From Lama guanicoe (lineage: Eukaryota), in NCBI GenBank assembly GCA_013239625.1, contig MU054037.1, positions 312,001-376,000 of the forward strand: a stretch of DNA of 64,000 nucleotides, written 5' to 3'. The notes beneath the pieces are model-generated. The model made no database searches. It worked only from the letters and a program-made list of their open reading frames with translations, and had not been told where the DNA came from. Numbering within the stretch: position 1 is the stretch's first letter; every line of letters starts with the position of its first letter. A program made the position numbers and the translations under genes. Shown piece by piece: positions 41,361 to 53,816 of this stretch.

Positions 41361-43619
41361 GCTAGTCACCAGCACACTGTGCTGCAGAGGTTTTGAGCCT
41401 GAGGTGATGGAGTTATTTCTCCAAATTAAAAAATGAACGAAAGGAAAGACATGGGTCTGGGTCTCAGGGAAGCTCAGAGGCTGCTGGCTTAGGGAGGCCC
41501 AAAGCAAGGCCTACAGTCCTAGGAAGGAGACCATTATGAGCAGTTAAGGCAGGTGCTTGGGGAGGGAATGGTCAGAGAGAAAAGATGGGATTGTGGGACC
41601 TATGATTTTTATTTTACTTGGATTTCTGGCTTTCTACCAACACCCTCCTTCCATCCATCCCAGAAATGCAAGTGCACAGGGGACTTTGGCATCTGGGAGA
41701 ACTAGCCTCCATCTGTAGGTGGATTGGGGCCAGTGGATGGGACAGGACTGGTGGGGCCAGTGTTGGGAGGTTCTGGCTGCCAGTAGAGGTGGGGGCAGTG
41801 GGCACGCTCATGTCTGGATCCGGGAGCACCCGGGCTGGCCGGTCAGTGTCGTTTATGTCAGGGAGGCTGATAGATAAGAGCCTAACAGGTAGGGCAGCCT
41901 AGTCTCAGCAAAATGAGCCACTTCAGTCCTAGCATTTGAGAAAATAGGATATCTGTAAACCATTTTCTATAGAATATATTTAGTTCATGTTTAGAATATA
42001 TATAAACCATTTTTTATTTTTCAAATAAGAAATGTCTATACCAGGTGGGCACAAGGAAGATAAACTGTGGGATGGAGCAGACCAGAGCTCAGGTCCCAGT
42101 TTAGCGATCTTCTGACATCCTTTCTGAGCCTCACGTGTCTCATCTATAAAACAGGAGTTTCTCCTAGCTCCAGGGACCTGGGTACTAAGGATAAAAATTA
42201 GGTGGTAATTGTGGAATGCTTAACATGGATCCTCAGATCCAGGCATAGATGCTTAAAAAAGCCATAGTTGTTACGATTATATTTGTGGCTCGGTTGGCTC
42301 TTGGCTGCAGTGGGGGGTGGGAGGCGGTTCACTCCCAGCACACAGGTCTCGTGTCCCAGGCAGCAGGGTCCAGCCTGCACACTTGCTTGTCATCTCTGGG
42401 GTGCCTCCATCAGTGCTGGGATGGGGAACCGGTGGGGCTTGGGCTGCAGCTGGGCAGGGAGAGTCTCAGTGTCTGCAGCTGAGCAGAACGCAGGTCACTG
42501 CTGAGACAGAGGAGGTGACGTGCAGAGTGAGCCTCGAGGAGCTGTAGGATTTCCCCAAGGTAGCAGGAGAAGGCATTCTTGGCTGAGGGCCTCACAGGAA
42601 CCAACGCCTGAAGGGCTGAAAGTGCCTGATGGGCTGAAGGGGCCGAAGGGGCTGTGAGGAGACTGGGGTGGCAGGCAGGGGCAGGAGGCAGAGACAGCTG
42701 GACAAGGGCTGGAGCCAGTGGGCGAAGAGCCTGGAGTCCGGCTGAGTTGCCCAGGCTGTGGCCCCTGGGAAGCTGCTGGCCACTGTTTGTCGGTTTGCTT
42801 TTAATCCTCAAGAAGGTCAGTTTGTCAATTTAAATATAACCAATTATGCCAACACTACAGGTCATCCCATTTACTAAAAAATTATATTCCAATCATTTGT
42901 CCATTTAGGGAAACTTGGAGTACATTTTTTTCCTCATGGAAATGATAATGAAAATGATTAAATTCCCAGACAAAACCCTAATACTTTAGTTTTCAAAACA
43001 GAGATGAACTACAGTATATATCAAGTGGAGGAGTTTTAGAAAATCGTCTTGCATTGTCCCATCTTGTTCTCCTCTGTCCGGCTTTTTAATCCAGCTCAAG
43101 GTCTAGAGAGGGCTCTCGGGTGCAGACTGAGGGCTGGGGTCCAGGAGGGGACAGAACAGGGGCAGGGTGAGTGTCCGGAAGCCAGGCCATCTCCAAAGTT
43201 CGATGGGAGTGGCTGTGGACAAAGGAAAGTGTCACAGAGTCCGGGGTCTCGGTCCTGGCTGTCTGACAGCTCTCACTCAGGATGCGCGGGGCTGTGTTTG
43301 AGCAGCCTTGGAATGGCAGATAAGCCTTAGCCAGGCAGGGGATGCCATTTTGAGGGAATCATGCAGATTTTTTTTAAGTGTCAGAAACAAAGCTGTATCC
43401 AGGAGGCAGGAGGACTGACATCACTCACAACACACTTCCCATCCCCAGCAACTTCGCGTCCTCTCTGGTTCAAGCCACACAGCACCCTCAGAGCTCCTCT
43501 ACGACACCCCAGGGGCCCGTCCCCAGGCCCGAGGACAGCCGTGGGGCCCCAGGTGGGACTCGGTCCAGGTGGGGCGACGTGATCACAAGCCTCGTACTCT
43601 CTTCCTTTCTTCCTTTCAG

Positions 43620-43688
43620 AGTGTGACGTCGGTGCTTCCAAAGCCGTGGTGAACGGGTTGGCCCCGGGCAGCAATGGGCAAGACAAAG
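43620..43688 (+). CDS. SORBS1: SORBS1 coding exon, 69 nt, phase 1-1: ECDVGASKAVVNGLAPGSNGQDK
   Basis: Acceptor cttcctttcttcctttcag| and donor AAG|gtaagg. The peptide matches recalled human (ECDGGSKAVMNGLAPGSNGQDK) and mouse SORBS1. Confidence 0.95.
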
Positions 43689-44406
43689 GTAAGGCTCTCG
43701 AAGGGAAGGAAGCCCGACGTTTCTAGAAGGAGCAGGGCCTGGGCCACCTGCCCGCTGGGGATCTTTGCTGGTCTAATTAGGCGGTGACCTGGAGGCCAGT
43801 TCCCAGGCTTACTGAGGCTCGGGTCTGAGGCTGCCGTTTCCCACTGCGAGACGACATACTGGAAACTGCCCCTGGCTCACAGGAGGTGGGGAACAACAGG
43901 CTAAATACACGGACGGAGGCCTGGTGTGCGTGGCATTTGTCAGCCTGAAGTCTCTCCTACCTGGCATTTCACCTTCCCCTGTGATAAATGGTGACACACT
44001 CACAGTCCTGACCCTGTGGCAAGAGCCTAAATTGCTGCAATAAATTATTCTGGTGACATCAGTCTCATGGGCATCCTCTTAGATTTTCAGTTTTTAAAAT
44101 TTTAGGATGAAAGATTTAAGTGTGAAATGAACGATGAATAGATGACCTTTGCGTCCCGTTGGCCCTGAGGTCTCTCGTCCTGAACGGCCAGGCAGCAGGG
44201 CTTCCCGTGTCCCTTTGGCAGTGTGAGGAGATGCGGGTTCAAGTCCCCATCTGCTGCTCGTAAACAGGGACCTCTTGGGAGGTCCTTGGTCTTTATGGGT
44301 ATGAGTTTCCTTATCTAGAAGATGAGGGACTTTGATGAGCTGCAGTATTTTTTCCTGCTTCAAATTCAGGTTCCAGTAATTCTATCAGTGCCCATCCCAC
44401 TAAATC

Positions 44407-44496
44407 TTTTTTTTTAATTTGAGGAAGTACTGGGGATTGAACCCAGGACCTCGTGCATGCTAAGCATGCACTCTACCACTTGAGCTATACCCTCCC
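44407..44496 (-). mobile_element. Vic-1-like SINE (short form)
   Basis: gtactggggattgaacccaggacctcgtgcatgctaagcatgcactctaccacttgagctataccctccc. CACTAAAT is repeated at 44398-44405 and 44505-44512. Confidence 0.9.
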
Positions 44497-46477
44497 TGCC
44501 ATTTCACTAAATGTTATGATGTCAAAAATGGAGGGCAAAAGTCCTGTTTTGGGGCATCCAAGTCGAAATGCACCCTCTCTCAATGAGTTGAGAGAGTTTG
44601 ACATGTTTGGATTTTGTAATTTTCTTCTGGGTCAGCCAAGTATTCCTTTTGAGACAAGACAAAGTGTAAAGTCAGAAGCAACAGCCAGGATGGAAGGCAG
44701 AGAGAGCAGGAGGGATGGGGAGCCTGAGGCCGGCTGGTTTAGGGGTGGGAGGTGTCCTGTCCTCTGTGCCTCCCTGCCTGGCCACCGTCCTCCACTCATG
44801 GTGTGAGACTGCATCCTCGGGGTCTTGGACCACCTTGGCTAAGTTGCTTAGGGGCTTTTGGAGGGCAGTGCCTGCAGGGGAGTTTAAAGCCTCCAATGAG
44901 GAGCTTGGGAAGACATGGGTGCCCTGATGCTGGCCATCAACCCCATGAATTCATCCGCAGAAGAGACTTGAGGAGTGTGCGGGCAGTGTGGCAGATGGGG
45001 GGTACTTCCCCCTCTCTCCTTGGTAAGACTCCTCTTTGGTTGAAAAAAGGAGGCAGATGCAGCCTATAGTCATCAGGGTGGCCTGAGGTGGTCCCTGAAC
45101 CGGATGCCAGGACAATTGGGCTCCAGTCTCAGCCTCTTCACTTGAGAACTGGATGATTCTGAGCAGCTCTCTTGCTTCTTCCTCTGAAAGGGTGATAAAA
45201 ACCTCCCCCCACCCAGTCTCCTAGGTGGCCATAAGTAGTAGTCAGTGGGATCACTGTGAAAGTACGTTTAGGTCTTAACATGTGCAGGGTTGTTATTATC
45301 AACTCAGTTATGGTGGCCCTGTGACTGCCATGTGCCTTATGAAATGGTAGCGCAATGGACTTGGAAGGTGACCTGCCTGTCCCAAGGTGCCTCCTTCCCC
45401 AACAGACTCACCAGCACGATGCTGATGTAGCAGTGACACTCTCGCCTCCCAAACAGCCCTACCCCCCAGTTACGACATGGATCTGGGGCTAGAAGACCTC
45501 TGGGTGTTGCTCATTGGGGTGACATTGGCACCACAGCACGTGAGCTCCCATCTCTATTTGCTGCCATTAGAGAGGTCAAGGGGAAGCCTCACAACAGGCT
45601 TGTTACGAAAAGGAGGGTTTGAGGATATGCCCACCGTTGGGATCACAGAATCTGGGGAGGCAGAGGGCCCAGGGAAGCCTGTGGGTAGATAAGCATGAGC
45701 ACCCAGGACCTGAGGGCAGCAGCCACCGCCAGCGTCCTAGTTATCCCAGCTCTCAAAGCTCAGCTGGTGTCGGCGTCCTTGGCTGTGTGCTTGAGTGCCG
45801 CCCAGAGTCTCAGGCACGCACTTGGACACTTGGCATCTCTTGCCCAGGAAAGGGTGGGTTTCAGTAGACCATCTGTTGCCCAACAGATGGGGGTTCTGAT
45901 GTGCTTGGGGCCAGAGGGCTACGGTTGTCAGAGCAGGCGCAGGACCCCAGAAGTTATGATTCTGGGGAAGTGGCTATGATGGCTGAAAAGACCAGGCTAC
46001 TCATGAACTTGTTCCCTTTCTTTCCTCCACTCTCCTGGGGCCCCTGAGCCATAACTCTGCTCCTCAGAGCCCCCACCCCTGCAAAGCCCCCCTTCTTCTG
46101 CCCCGCCCCCCCCCCGCACTCTCCCAGGGGGCCCCTTGGACCCTGCTTGCTCTTGCTCTCCCCCTCCTCTCTTTGCCAGGCCATCTGCATCTCTGTAAAT
46201 CTTTTAGTCCAGAGCCTTGGCAAGTTCCTGGTGTGGCCGGCGGCACAGACACTGACCGGCTGCACGTGGGTGATGGTTGGAGGGAGGGTTCTGCAGTCTG
46301 GGAGCAGAACACTAAAGAGTGAAAGCAGGTTATTTTAAGTTCTCGCATCTCCTGCTTTTCCCATTGTTCTTTCCTTGCGGGCGACTTCCTCCTATTGTCC
46401 CTGCCCAGCTCCTCAACTGCCTGAGTGTTTCCCAAATGTTTTTTCTGGATGCACCATGTACCCTTTTGTGTTTTCAG

Positions 46478-46573
46478 CAACTGCCGACCCTTTACGTGCA
46501 CGCTCTATTTCTGCTGTTAAAATAATCCCTGTGAAGACAATGAAAAACTCTGCAGGCCTAGTACTCCCTCCAG
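46478..46573 (+). CDS. SORBS1: SORBS1 cassette exon, 96 nt, phase 1-1: ATADPLRARSISAVKIIPVKTMKNSAGLVLPP
   Basis: Acceptor ccttttgtgttttcag| and donor CAG|gtatct. It lies inside ORF 46375..46605 and matches recalled human ATADPLRARSISAVKIIPVKTVKN. Confidence 0.93.
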
Positions 46574-46722
46574 GTATCTCTCCTTGGGTTGCTTCTTTCT
46601 TGTGACTGTTAGCAGATCATGCATGGTTTCCCTTCTTTCCTTCTAACAAAGACTTGGAGGATTAATCCTTGCATGTTTAGGAGCCATTCCCTCTCACCTC
46701 CTCTAGTTGATTTCCTTTCTTC

Positions 46723-46744
46723 GTGTGTGTGTGTGTGTGTGTGT
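46723..46744. repeat. (GT)n microsatellite
   Basis: About 11 GT units, read directly. Confidence 0.95.
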
Positions 46745-48518
46745 ACACACGTACGTGTTTCTGTGAGCTGGCAGGTGCCTTGCCCCTCCCCTCTTTTGGA
46801 GAAGGTCAGCCCAGAGGCTGAATGTTAACTCTGCTGTAGTTCTGAGCCACATGGACTTCTTAAGTTCTTCCTAGAAGTTCCAGATCCCAGTACTTTATTC
46901 AAAAGTCAGCTCTCCCCAGGAACTAATGTGGCCACATGGGGAATCTCTAAATTGGACTTGAACTTGAAGCAGCTGCCTTAGATGCCAAACCTGGCTGCAC
47001 CTCTGTGATGCTCTGAGGGCCGTTTCCCTGAACACTCCCTCCCCCGCCCCCAGCCTCACCTGCGGTCGCGTCCTGCCTCCTCTCTCCAAGGCGGGGGTGC
47101 AGTGCAGATGCCTGGTGGCCTAGCTGACTCTTCATCCCAGTGGCGGGGCTTTCAGGAGTTGGGCTAATCCGGCTGTGCGTCTGGGACCCTGGGGATGGGC
47201 TGAATTTGCCTCTTACCCTTTTGAAAAGACCATGAATCAGTTTTCCCAGTAGTTCTGTGGCATCAGTCACGGATCCTCTCCATAGGGTTGGACGAGTCTG
47301 ATGCTCTCCTGGGCCGCGGCCCACTCTCCCGTACATTGTGTTCTTGTGCTTCGCTTTCAGTGCGAGAGGCGCTGATGCGGCAGATCTGTCCTCTGGAGCT
47401 GATGACCGTTCTGTCTGAGCTGTCCGAAAGGGGCTGCCGGAGTGGAAAGGAGGCGCAATGGGGCTTTGCTTCTCTCAGCTCTGACACAGGAGGGGGGAGG
47501 AGTTGGCATCTGAGCCCACATCCTGCCCAATGCCCACCTGAAACTTTACCTTTCATCCCAGTTGTGACAGTTTTAGGTCCGAGATCCAGGCTGTGCTGTG
47601 AGCACCTTGGACACATGAACTGAGCTGCACAGAAAGCAGCATTCAGCACGTGTGGCTCCTAGAACTGTGTGCTCTGCGTGGGTTTCTTGCCTCCCTGTTA
47701 CTGATTTTCCCGGAGGATGAACATCCAGATCTTTCGAAGCCTATTTTGAAACGCTTCTCAGTGCAATTCTGAAAGAGGACCTGGGTCTGTCATTAGGCCA
47801 CTGTGAACTGTAGGAGAGGTCAGGACCCAGGGAAGGCTCAGCTGGAAGTGCAGCAAACTCTGTTCGTTGAAGAATTTTGAGTTTCTGGTCATTTTCTTTG
47901 GTGTGAATTTTCTCCATTAAGTTTGGAATGTGGCTCCATGGTTCGCCCGTGATCTTTCTCCCCAGGCAGCACATCCCTGTCTCACCACCTCAGGGAGCTT
48001 GACTTGCTGATACAAGAAGATTGTCTTCTGCTTTTTCCGTTGGAGAACTGCACGGGGCAGTGATTCTCTGCAGAACCACCACCTCGTCCCCTGCATTGCC
48101 AACTTGCTGCTTTATAAGAAGGATGGTGTGGGAGCTTGAAATCTTCCATAAGTTCTTTCTTGAACTATGCCTTACTAATTGGTCAGAAGTCTGCTCACCA
48201 ACCTAAAACTTCATTTAATACAAGGAATCAACCGCTTTCATCTAGAAACGTTTACAGCTGACATTGTCACTCATACATTGACTCAGAACTCACTGTTGCC
48301 TCCATTTTCTCCTAACCTCATGTTGGGTAGTAAACATCCGCCAATGGGATTTGTCCCTCTCCACCGCCCACAAATTAGCCGTCATTGACCACAAGACCTT
48401 GCCTGTCTGTGACCAGGTTCCCCTCATTCCCCAGCTGTAACAAGTTGCTGGCTGGCTGTTGCTTTAATCCCCCGAGAGCCTTGGATTCACTCTTCTCTTC
48501 TGGGTCTTTCCTTTGCAG

Positions 48519-48647
48519 ACACGGATCCTACAAAAATCTGCACTGGGAAAGGAGCGGTGACTCTCCGGGCCTCGTCCTCCTATAGGGAAATGCCGAGCGG
48601 AAGCCCTGTGAGCCCTCGAGAAACCCCACAGCATGCGGGGACACCAG
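48519..48647 (+). CDS. SORBS1: SORBS1 coding exon, 129 nt, phase 1-1: DTDPTKICTGKGAVTLRASSSYREMPSGSPVSPRETPQHAGTP
   Basis: Acceptor tctttcctttgcag| and donor CAG|gtgcgc. It carries the TKICTGKGAVTLRASSSYR motif of SORBS1. Confidence 0.93.
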
Positions 48648-49219
48648 GTGCGCTGCCCGGAGACTGGCAGAGGGGCTCAGAACCACGTGGGAAGGGTGGG
48701 AGGTCGTCAGCCACCTCCCGATTCTCCCAGGGGCCCTAGGGACCATCCTTTCCTTGTCCATCTGCAGCAGGTGGTGATCAGTGCCCTAAACTGACAGGTA
48801 CTCACTTGCCTCAGGCAAAGGCACATAAGTGCCCACTTTATTTTAGCATGTTACTGAACATATGAGCAGAGCCCCCATTAAAAAGCCGGTGACTCTGCAG
48901 CCTGCATTCGGGAGGACAGAGATGGCTTTGGCACCCAGGGACAGCGTGGTGAGATGGGCTCAAGGTTAGGCTTCTCTGAGCCCATCCCTACATCTGGGAG
49001 CTGGGCTGTGACCATCCAGGCGGGGCTGGGGAAAGAGCCCAGGGAGACTGAGATGGGCAGGTGGCCGAATGGCCTCGGCTCCCAGGAGAGCAGGGAGGCC
49101 ACCTAGCAGCTGAGGGAGCAGGATCAGGAGAGCATGTCTAAGGCCAGTGCCAACACGGAGGGAACAGAGACAAAAGAAGCTCACCTCCCCACCCCAGTCC
49201 ATCATGCAGTGCCCAGAGT

Positions 49220-49415
49220 ATGGTGTTGAGGTTGAGACCTGGGTCTTTGGAACCTGATAGATTGGGTTCATGGATTCATGTCCTGCTCCGCTACCTGGTG
49301 GCTGTGCAACCTTGGATGAGGTAACTGCTCTCCCTCAACCCTAGTGAACCCATCTGCAGAATGGGGTTGATAATTGTACCTGCCTCATAGCATCATCATG
49401 AGGATGAAGTATGTA
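49220..49415 (+). mobile_element. MIR SINE
   Basis: ggctgtgcaaccttggatgaggtaact...catctgcagaatggggttgataattgtacctgcctcatag. Confidence 0.75.
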
Positions 49416-49616
49416 GGTGTCCTGCACCACCCCTGGTGGTGTGGAATGAGCTGTTAGTCGTTAGCTGCTGTTAGTAGGTTAAGACTGCAGTTGTTTCGGA
49501 CTTCCTGGAGAGGACTTTCCATAGCCCAAGAGTTCTGGGACTTGGGAAGAGTAGACTTCGAGGTTTCATAGGCACAGTCAGCATGGGGTGGGGCAGCCCC
49601 TTCCCACCCTGTAGGG

Positions 49617-49790
49617 CAGTGGTTCTCATGCTTCAGCTGCATCAGAATCACCTGGAATAAAAGGACAGGTTCCCCGGCCCCAGCCTGGAGTTTTAGAATT
49701 TGTGATTCCCACCTGTACGTCAGAGGTGGAGTCCGAGATTTTGTGTTTCTGACAAGTTCCCAAGGAGCACGTTTGAAAGCTACTGCTGTA
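49617..49790. mobile_element. MER5A-type MITE
   Basis: cagtggttctcatgcttcagctgcatcagaatcacctgga...tgtgtttctgacaagttccca. Confidence 0.7.
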
Positions 49791-50374
49791 GGGGATGGGA
49801 GTTTCCTCCCGTCTTGAAGGAAGGAAATGAAGAGAGAAAAAGAATTGCAGTGATGGCCACTCCCATGGGACCAGAGCGGAAAGCAAGCGGGAAAACCCCT
49901 TTGGTACAGTGGAGGAGGGGGTGTTGTGGTAAGACTGAATTATGGAGGATGCAGATGGTCAGGGCCCAGCATCCTGGACACTTTCTTTCTGTCCCAGCCA
50001 CCTATAACAGGTACCAAGGCAGGTGTCTAGGAACGAGGCCAGGCTTGGGTTGAACACCAGCCCTGTTCTGGTAACATCGGTCCCTGTGGAGGGCTCCTTT
50101 TCCCCTAGGCTCAGGGAAGGCATGGGTGGCCTCCAGCACTCCAGGTTCAAAGGAGCTGCTTGGCTCTACTCCTGAGCCCACACCTGACTCCTGCCCCACT
50201 ACACTCTCATCTCCAGGAAAGGTGGGGCCAAGGAGTGGAGATCAAGTAATTTCTTCTTAAGATTAGCCTAATCCAGCCTCTCCGGGCCTAACTGAGAAGA
50301 TGCAGCTCCCAAGCTGGAGGACCTCTGGGGAAGAGAGAATTCTAAGGGATACTTTAAAGAGAAAGACTGAAACG

Positions 50375-50500
50375 AAAAATAAATAAAATAAAATTAAATT
50401 AAAATTAAGTAAATTAAAATAAAATAAAATAAAATAATAAAATAAATAAAATAAAATAAAATAAAATAAATAAAATAAATAAAATAAAATAAAATAATAA
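50375..50500. repeat. A-rich (AAAAT)n / (AAAT)n microsatellite
   Basis: About 125 bp of imperfect aaaat repeats, read directly. Confidence 0.95.
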
Positions 50501-51856
50501 CCAACAGCCTGATGGCCCAGAAAAATGACCTATCAACCAATCAACCATCTGGCCCTTCTTAACTGTTGAATGGGAGTGGTGAATGGAGGAGAGGGAGCCT
50601 TGAGCTCCCCCTGGTGGTTACAGTGAGGCACTACCATAGGACCCCAGCGTTGTTCTTTGCCTTGCCGTCTGTAGGCTTGCACTCCAGCAGTGTGCAGTGA
50701 TTTGAGCACTTTAGGAAGCTCTCTCTAACCTCCAAATATTTCTGTATCTTATAAATTTATAGTAGCTAATTTAGATGAAAAAAGATCTTGTTTTAAAATG
50801 CATACTCTGATGAATCAGAGGGTAGCTATCAGTTATTCATACCTTACAGTAAATTAATCTTTGTAGACTAGTTTCCCCCTGGTAAATGAGACCATTGAGT
50901 CCACATCAGCAGACATTCATTCTGCATCATCTAGGTGCCAGGCATCACTGGGAGTCACTGGGAATTGTGATGAGGGTGGAGGAAGAGGGAGAAAAATTCT
51001 GAGTGTATTCCTTGAGAGCAGAAGGCAGTTTGTCCAGCAGGCAGGTCAGGTGTGGGCCCCTAGTCTGCTGCCATGCTTTCTGACGTGGATATGTCCCACC
51101 TTTGAAGCACATATGAAGTATGAGGGACTTGGGCGAGATGGTTTCCAAGCCTTTCTAGTTCCAAAATGCTCTGGGAACTTGGCATACAAGTTTGGGGATG
51201 AACTGAACACAAACAGAATCCTGTTCACTGGGGACAGATTCAGGATTGTACATTAGGGCAGTTTGGGTGGAAGGAACAAGCAGGGTTTGAGTAGAGGGAA
51301 AAAGAACACACCAATTAAGCGTACAGCTGGAATGAGTTAACCATGGAGGTGAGGTTAAGAGAGGAAGCGACTCCAGAGGTGAGACATTCAGGACTGGGGG
51401 TCTTACCCTCCTGGTCGCATCCTGCTGGCTTTTAACTATGACGGGTCCATGTGTCTCCCCAGCCCTCCTCTCATCCCAGCCTACTTCCTCAATCTGAGCC
51501 TCTGGCCCAACATAACAGCCTGCTGGCCCCCATCACTCTCAAGTCTTGTCCTGGGGCCTTGACCAGCCTCATGAAAACAGTTTTTAATGTATTTACAAGC
51601 AGCCATGCCAACCTTGACCAAGAGCCCAGGTGTGAGGCAGGGAACGCCACTTGGCTCTTGTCAAAGATTGGGCATGCCTCCTGTCACCAGTGTCTTCACA
51701 GACAGTTCATGTCCAGTAGCGTCCAGCTCCCTCCTGTATCACCAGAGCCAGCGCCTGTCCCCAGCTGCTCAGTCTCCCTCCTCTCTGCCTTGCTTCCTGG
51801 CTTTACCACCTTCTTCCATCCCTGCAGGTCTCCAAGTTGCTAATCATTTGCCTGGA

Positions 51857-51895
51857 CTGCCCAGCACCTGTGTCCTGCCCAGCACCTGTGTCCTG
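51857..51895. repeat. Perfect 18-bp tandem duplication (CTGCCCAGCACCTGTGTC)x2
   Basis: 51857-51874 is identical to 51875-51892, followed by CTG. Confidence 0.95.
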
Positions 51896-52009
51896 ATTTC
51901 TTTCCTTATGTGGCCCCCTAACACCCACATTTCAGAGGTGTCCCCTATTTCCGGTCCTTTCTTCAGCTCCCTCATCCTGTGAGAGGTTGTCTGGTTCTTG
52001 AGTCACACA

Positions 52010-52170
52010 GTCCTCCATCAAGGCTCAGCTCTGCCACTTACTATCTTTATGATGTGGGCAGATTACTCAGCCTTGGAGAGCTCCAGTTTCCCCATCTGTC
52101 AGATGGAGATGATCTCAGTAGAGTCGTTGGGATTCAGTAGACTCTTTCACATCAGGATTTAGCACAGTCG
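52010..52170 (+). mobile_element. MIR SINE
   Basis: ctcagctctgccacttactatct...gggcagattactcagcc...cagtttccccatctgtcagatgg. Confidence 0.7.
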
Positions 52171-52214
52171 GGCATGCAGAAGGAGCTCTTTAATGGTAAC
52201 CATTCTAGTTACTG

Positions 52215-52660
52215 CAGAGCAGGAGGCCAGTTAAGGATTTGCAGTAATTTCTGTTAGAGGCTATAAGTGTGGGGGCAGTGAGAATGGAGAGGAGAGGGGC
52301 AGGTGAGAAATGCGTCTGGAAGGGTGAAATGGCAGGGCCGGTGCAGTGTTCCGGACACAGAGAGGTATGACTGTGTTGACCAGGAGGCGCCTTCCCCGGT
52401 TGACCAGGAGAACAAATGTGGCACTCATGGAGATGAGGGATTTACGAAGGGAGTTGAAAAATATGTTGAATTCCGTTTCTTGATGTGTTGAGTTTCTTGA
52501 CAAGATAAGGTCTTCTAGAAGGAAGTGTCTAATAGGCATTTGGAGGTTTGGAGTCCAGGGTGTGGATTTGGGAGCCATCTGCATCCAAGTGAACACTGGG
52601 AGGGTGGAGATTCTCCCTGAGGTGGAGTGAGAAACGGAGCTCTGGGAATCACCCAGTGTA
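52215..52660 (-). mobile_element. L2 LINE fragment
   Basis: gcaggaggccagttaaggatttgcagtaat...gatgtgttgagttt...gtctaataggcatttgga...gatttgggagccatc is antisense L2. Confidence 0.65.
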
Positions 52661-53240
52661 CACCCAGCCTCCAGACTCCCGCCCTCCAGTGGTAGCTTGA
52701 CTTTGGCCCCTGACTACCCTTCTGATCTCTGAATGTAGCCCTTGGTTTTTGGATTAGAACCATCTGGAAAGAAGTGTGGCGGTCTTAGTGCTGATTCCCT
52801 GTCTCTTATTCCTGTTTCCTGATATCATAGCCTGGCCGGGTCTGGGGATTGGCCCTGCCGGTTCAGATGTGACTCCACCTGTGTCCCAGGTCAGGGTGCT
52901 TTTACTCAAGAGGAGACAGGGAGCCTGACCTGGGGGTGGGCGTGACACCAAGCTTCCTGCCTGGTATGGCCCGGAGACCATCAGTCCCTCTGTTTTGACT
53001 CACGAGCCAAAACCCAGTTTGACCTTTACACATTGTTAATTCGGTGCCAGTTGACTCCAGTCCTTCATGCCTGATTCTTGACTGCAAAGTTAGTTTTGGA
53101 TGTAAAGATTCTTGGACCTGCAGTCAACTCATTTCCTCACGTTTGCTCTCCAAAAATGGCAAAAGCAAAAAGATAAGAAAATTGGCATTAATACAGGCAT
53201 TCCATACTCCCATTAACTAAGAGTCTTTTTCATGAGTTCA

Positions 53241-53816
53241 TGTGTGAGAAAAAGGGCCAGATGAGAAGCAGTTGGAGGCGAAAGTCCCCACAAGAGAAGA
53301 CCCTCACTATGACACCAACTGCAAGGTCCAGGGGTTCCCAAAACCACCCTCAGAGAGAAGGACTCAAGGAACTCACTGAAAGCTGTTATGCTTAGTTACA
53401 GCTTATTACAAGGAGAGGATTCAGATTAAAATCAGCTAGAAGAAGAAGTACACAATGTGGAGTCCGGGGAAGAAGCCTGGGGTTGTCATGGTCCTCTCCT
53501 GGGAGTTAGCTCCCAGCATCGCTGTGTGACCACATGCCCAGGATGGTGCCAACCAGGAAGGTCATCCAAGCTGTTGTGTCCAGAGTTTTTACTGGGGCTC
53601 TATTACATGAGTTGTTATTCCTGCCCAAAGGGCTCATCTCACTCCCCAGTCCACTAGGAGCTTGAGCTCAGATCGCCCACCCTCAATCACATTAGTGGTG
53701 TGGCACAAAGACGGTCCTCTCAGGATGGCATTCCAGTGGCTTAGGGATTAACTCCCGGAAGCTAGAGAGCAAAGGCCAGACTTCCTTGAGGGTGAGGATA
53801 AATTCCTCACCACACA
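53241..53816 (-). mobile_element. MER21-like ERVL LTR
   Basis: gacaccaactgcaaggtccaggggttcccaaaaccaccctcag...actcactgaaagctgttat...cagattaaaatcagc...gtccagagtttttactgggg...aaggccagac. Confidence 0.75.

Noticed and set aside
44420..44496. tRNA-like sequence with A and B boxes
   Set aside because: It has an A-rich tail, a TSD and several dispersed copies, so it is a SINE rather than a tRNA gene. The same applies to the copies at 7405, 16863 and 27141.
50375..50500. A-rich tract as the possible tail of a retroposon
   Set aside because: I could identify no element body or TSD, so it is kept only as a microsatellite.
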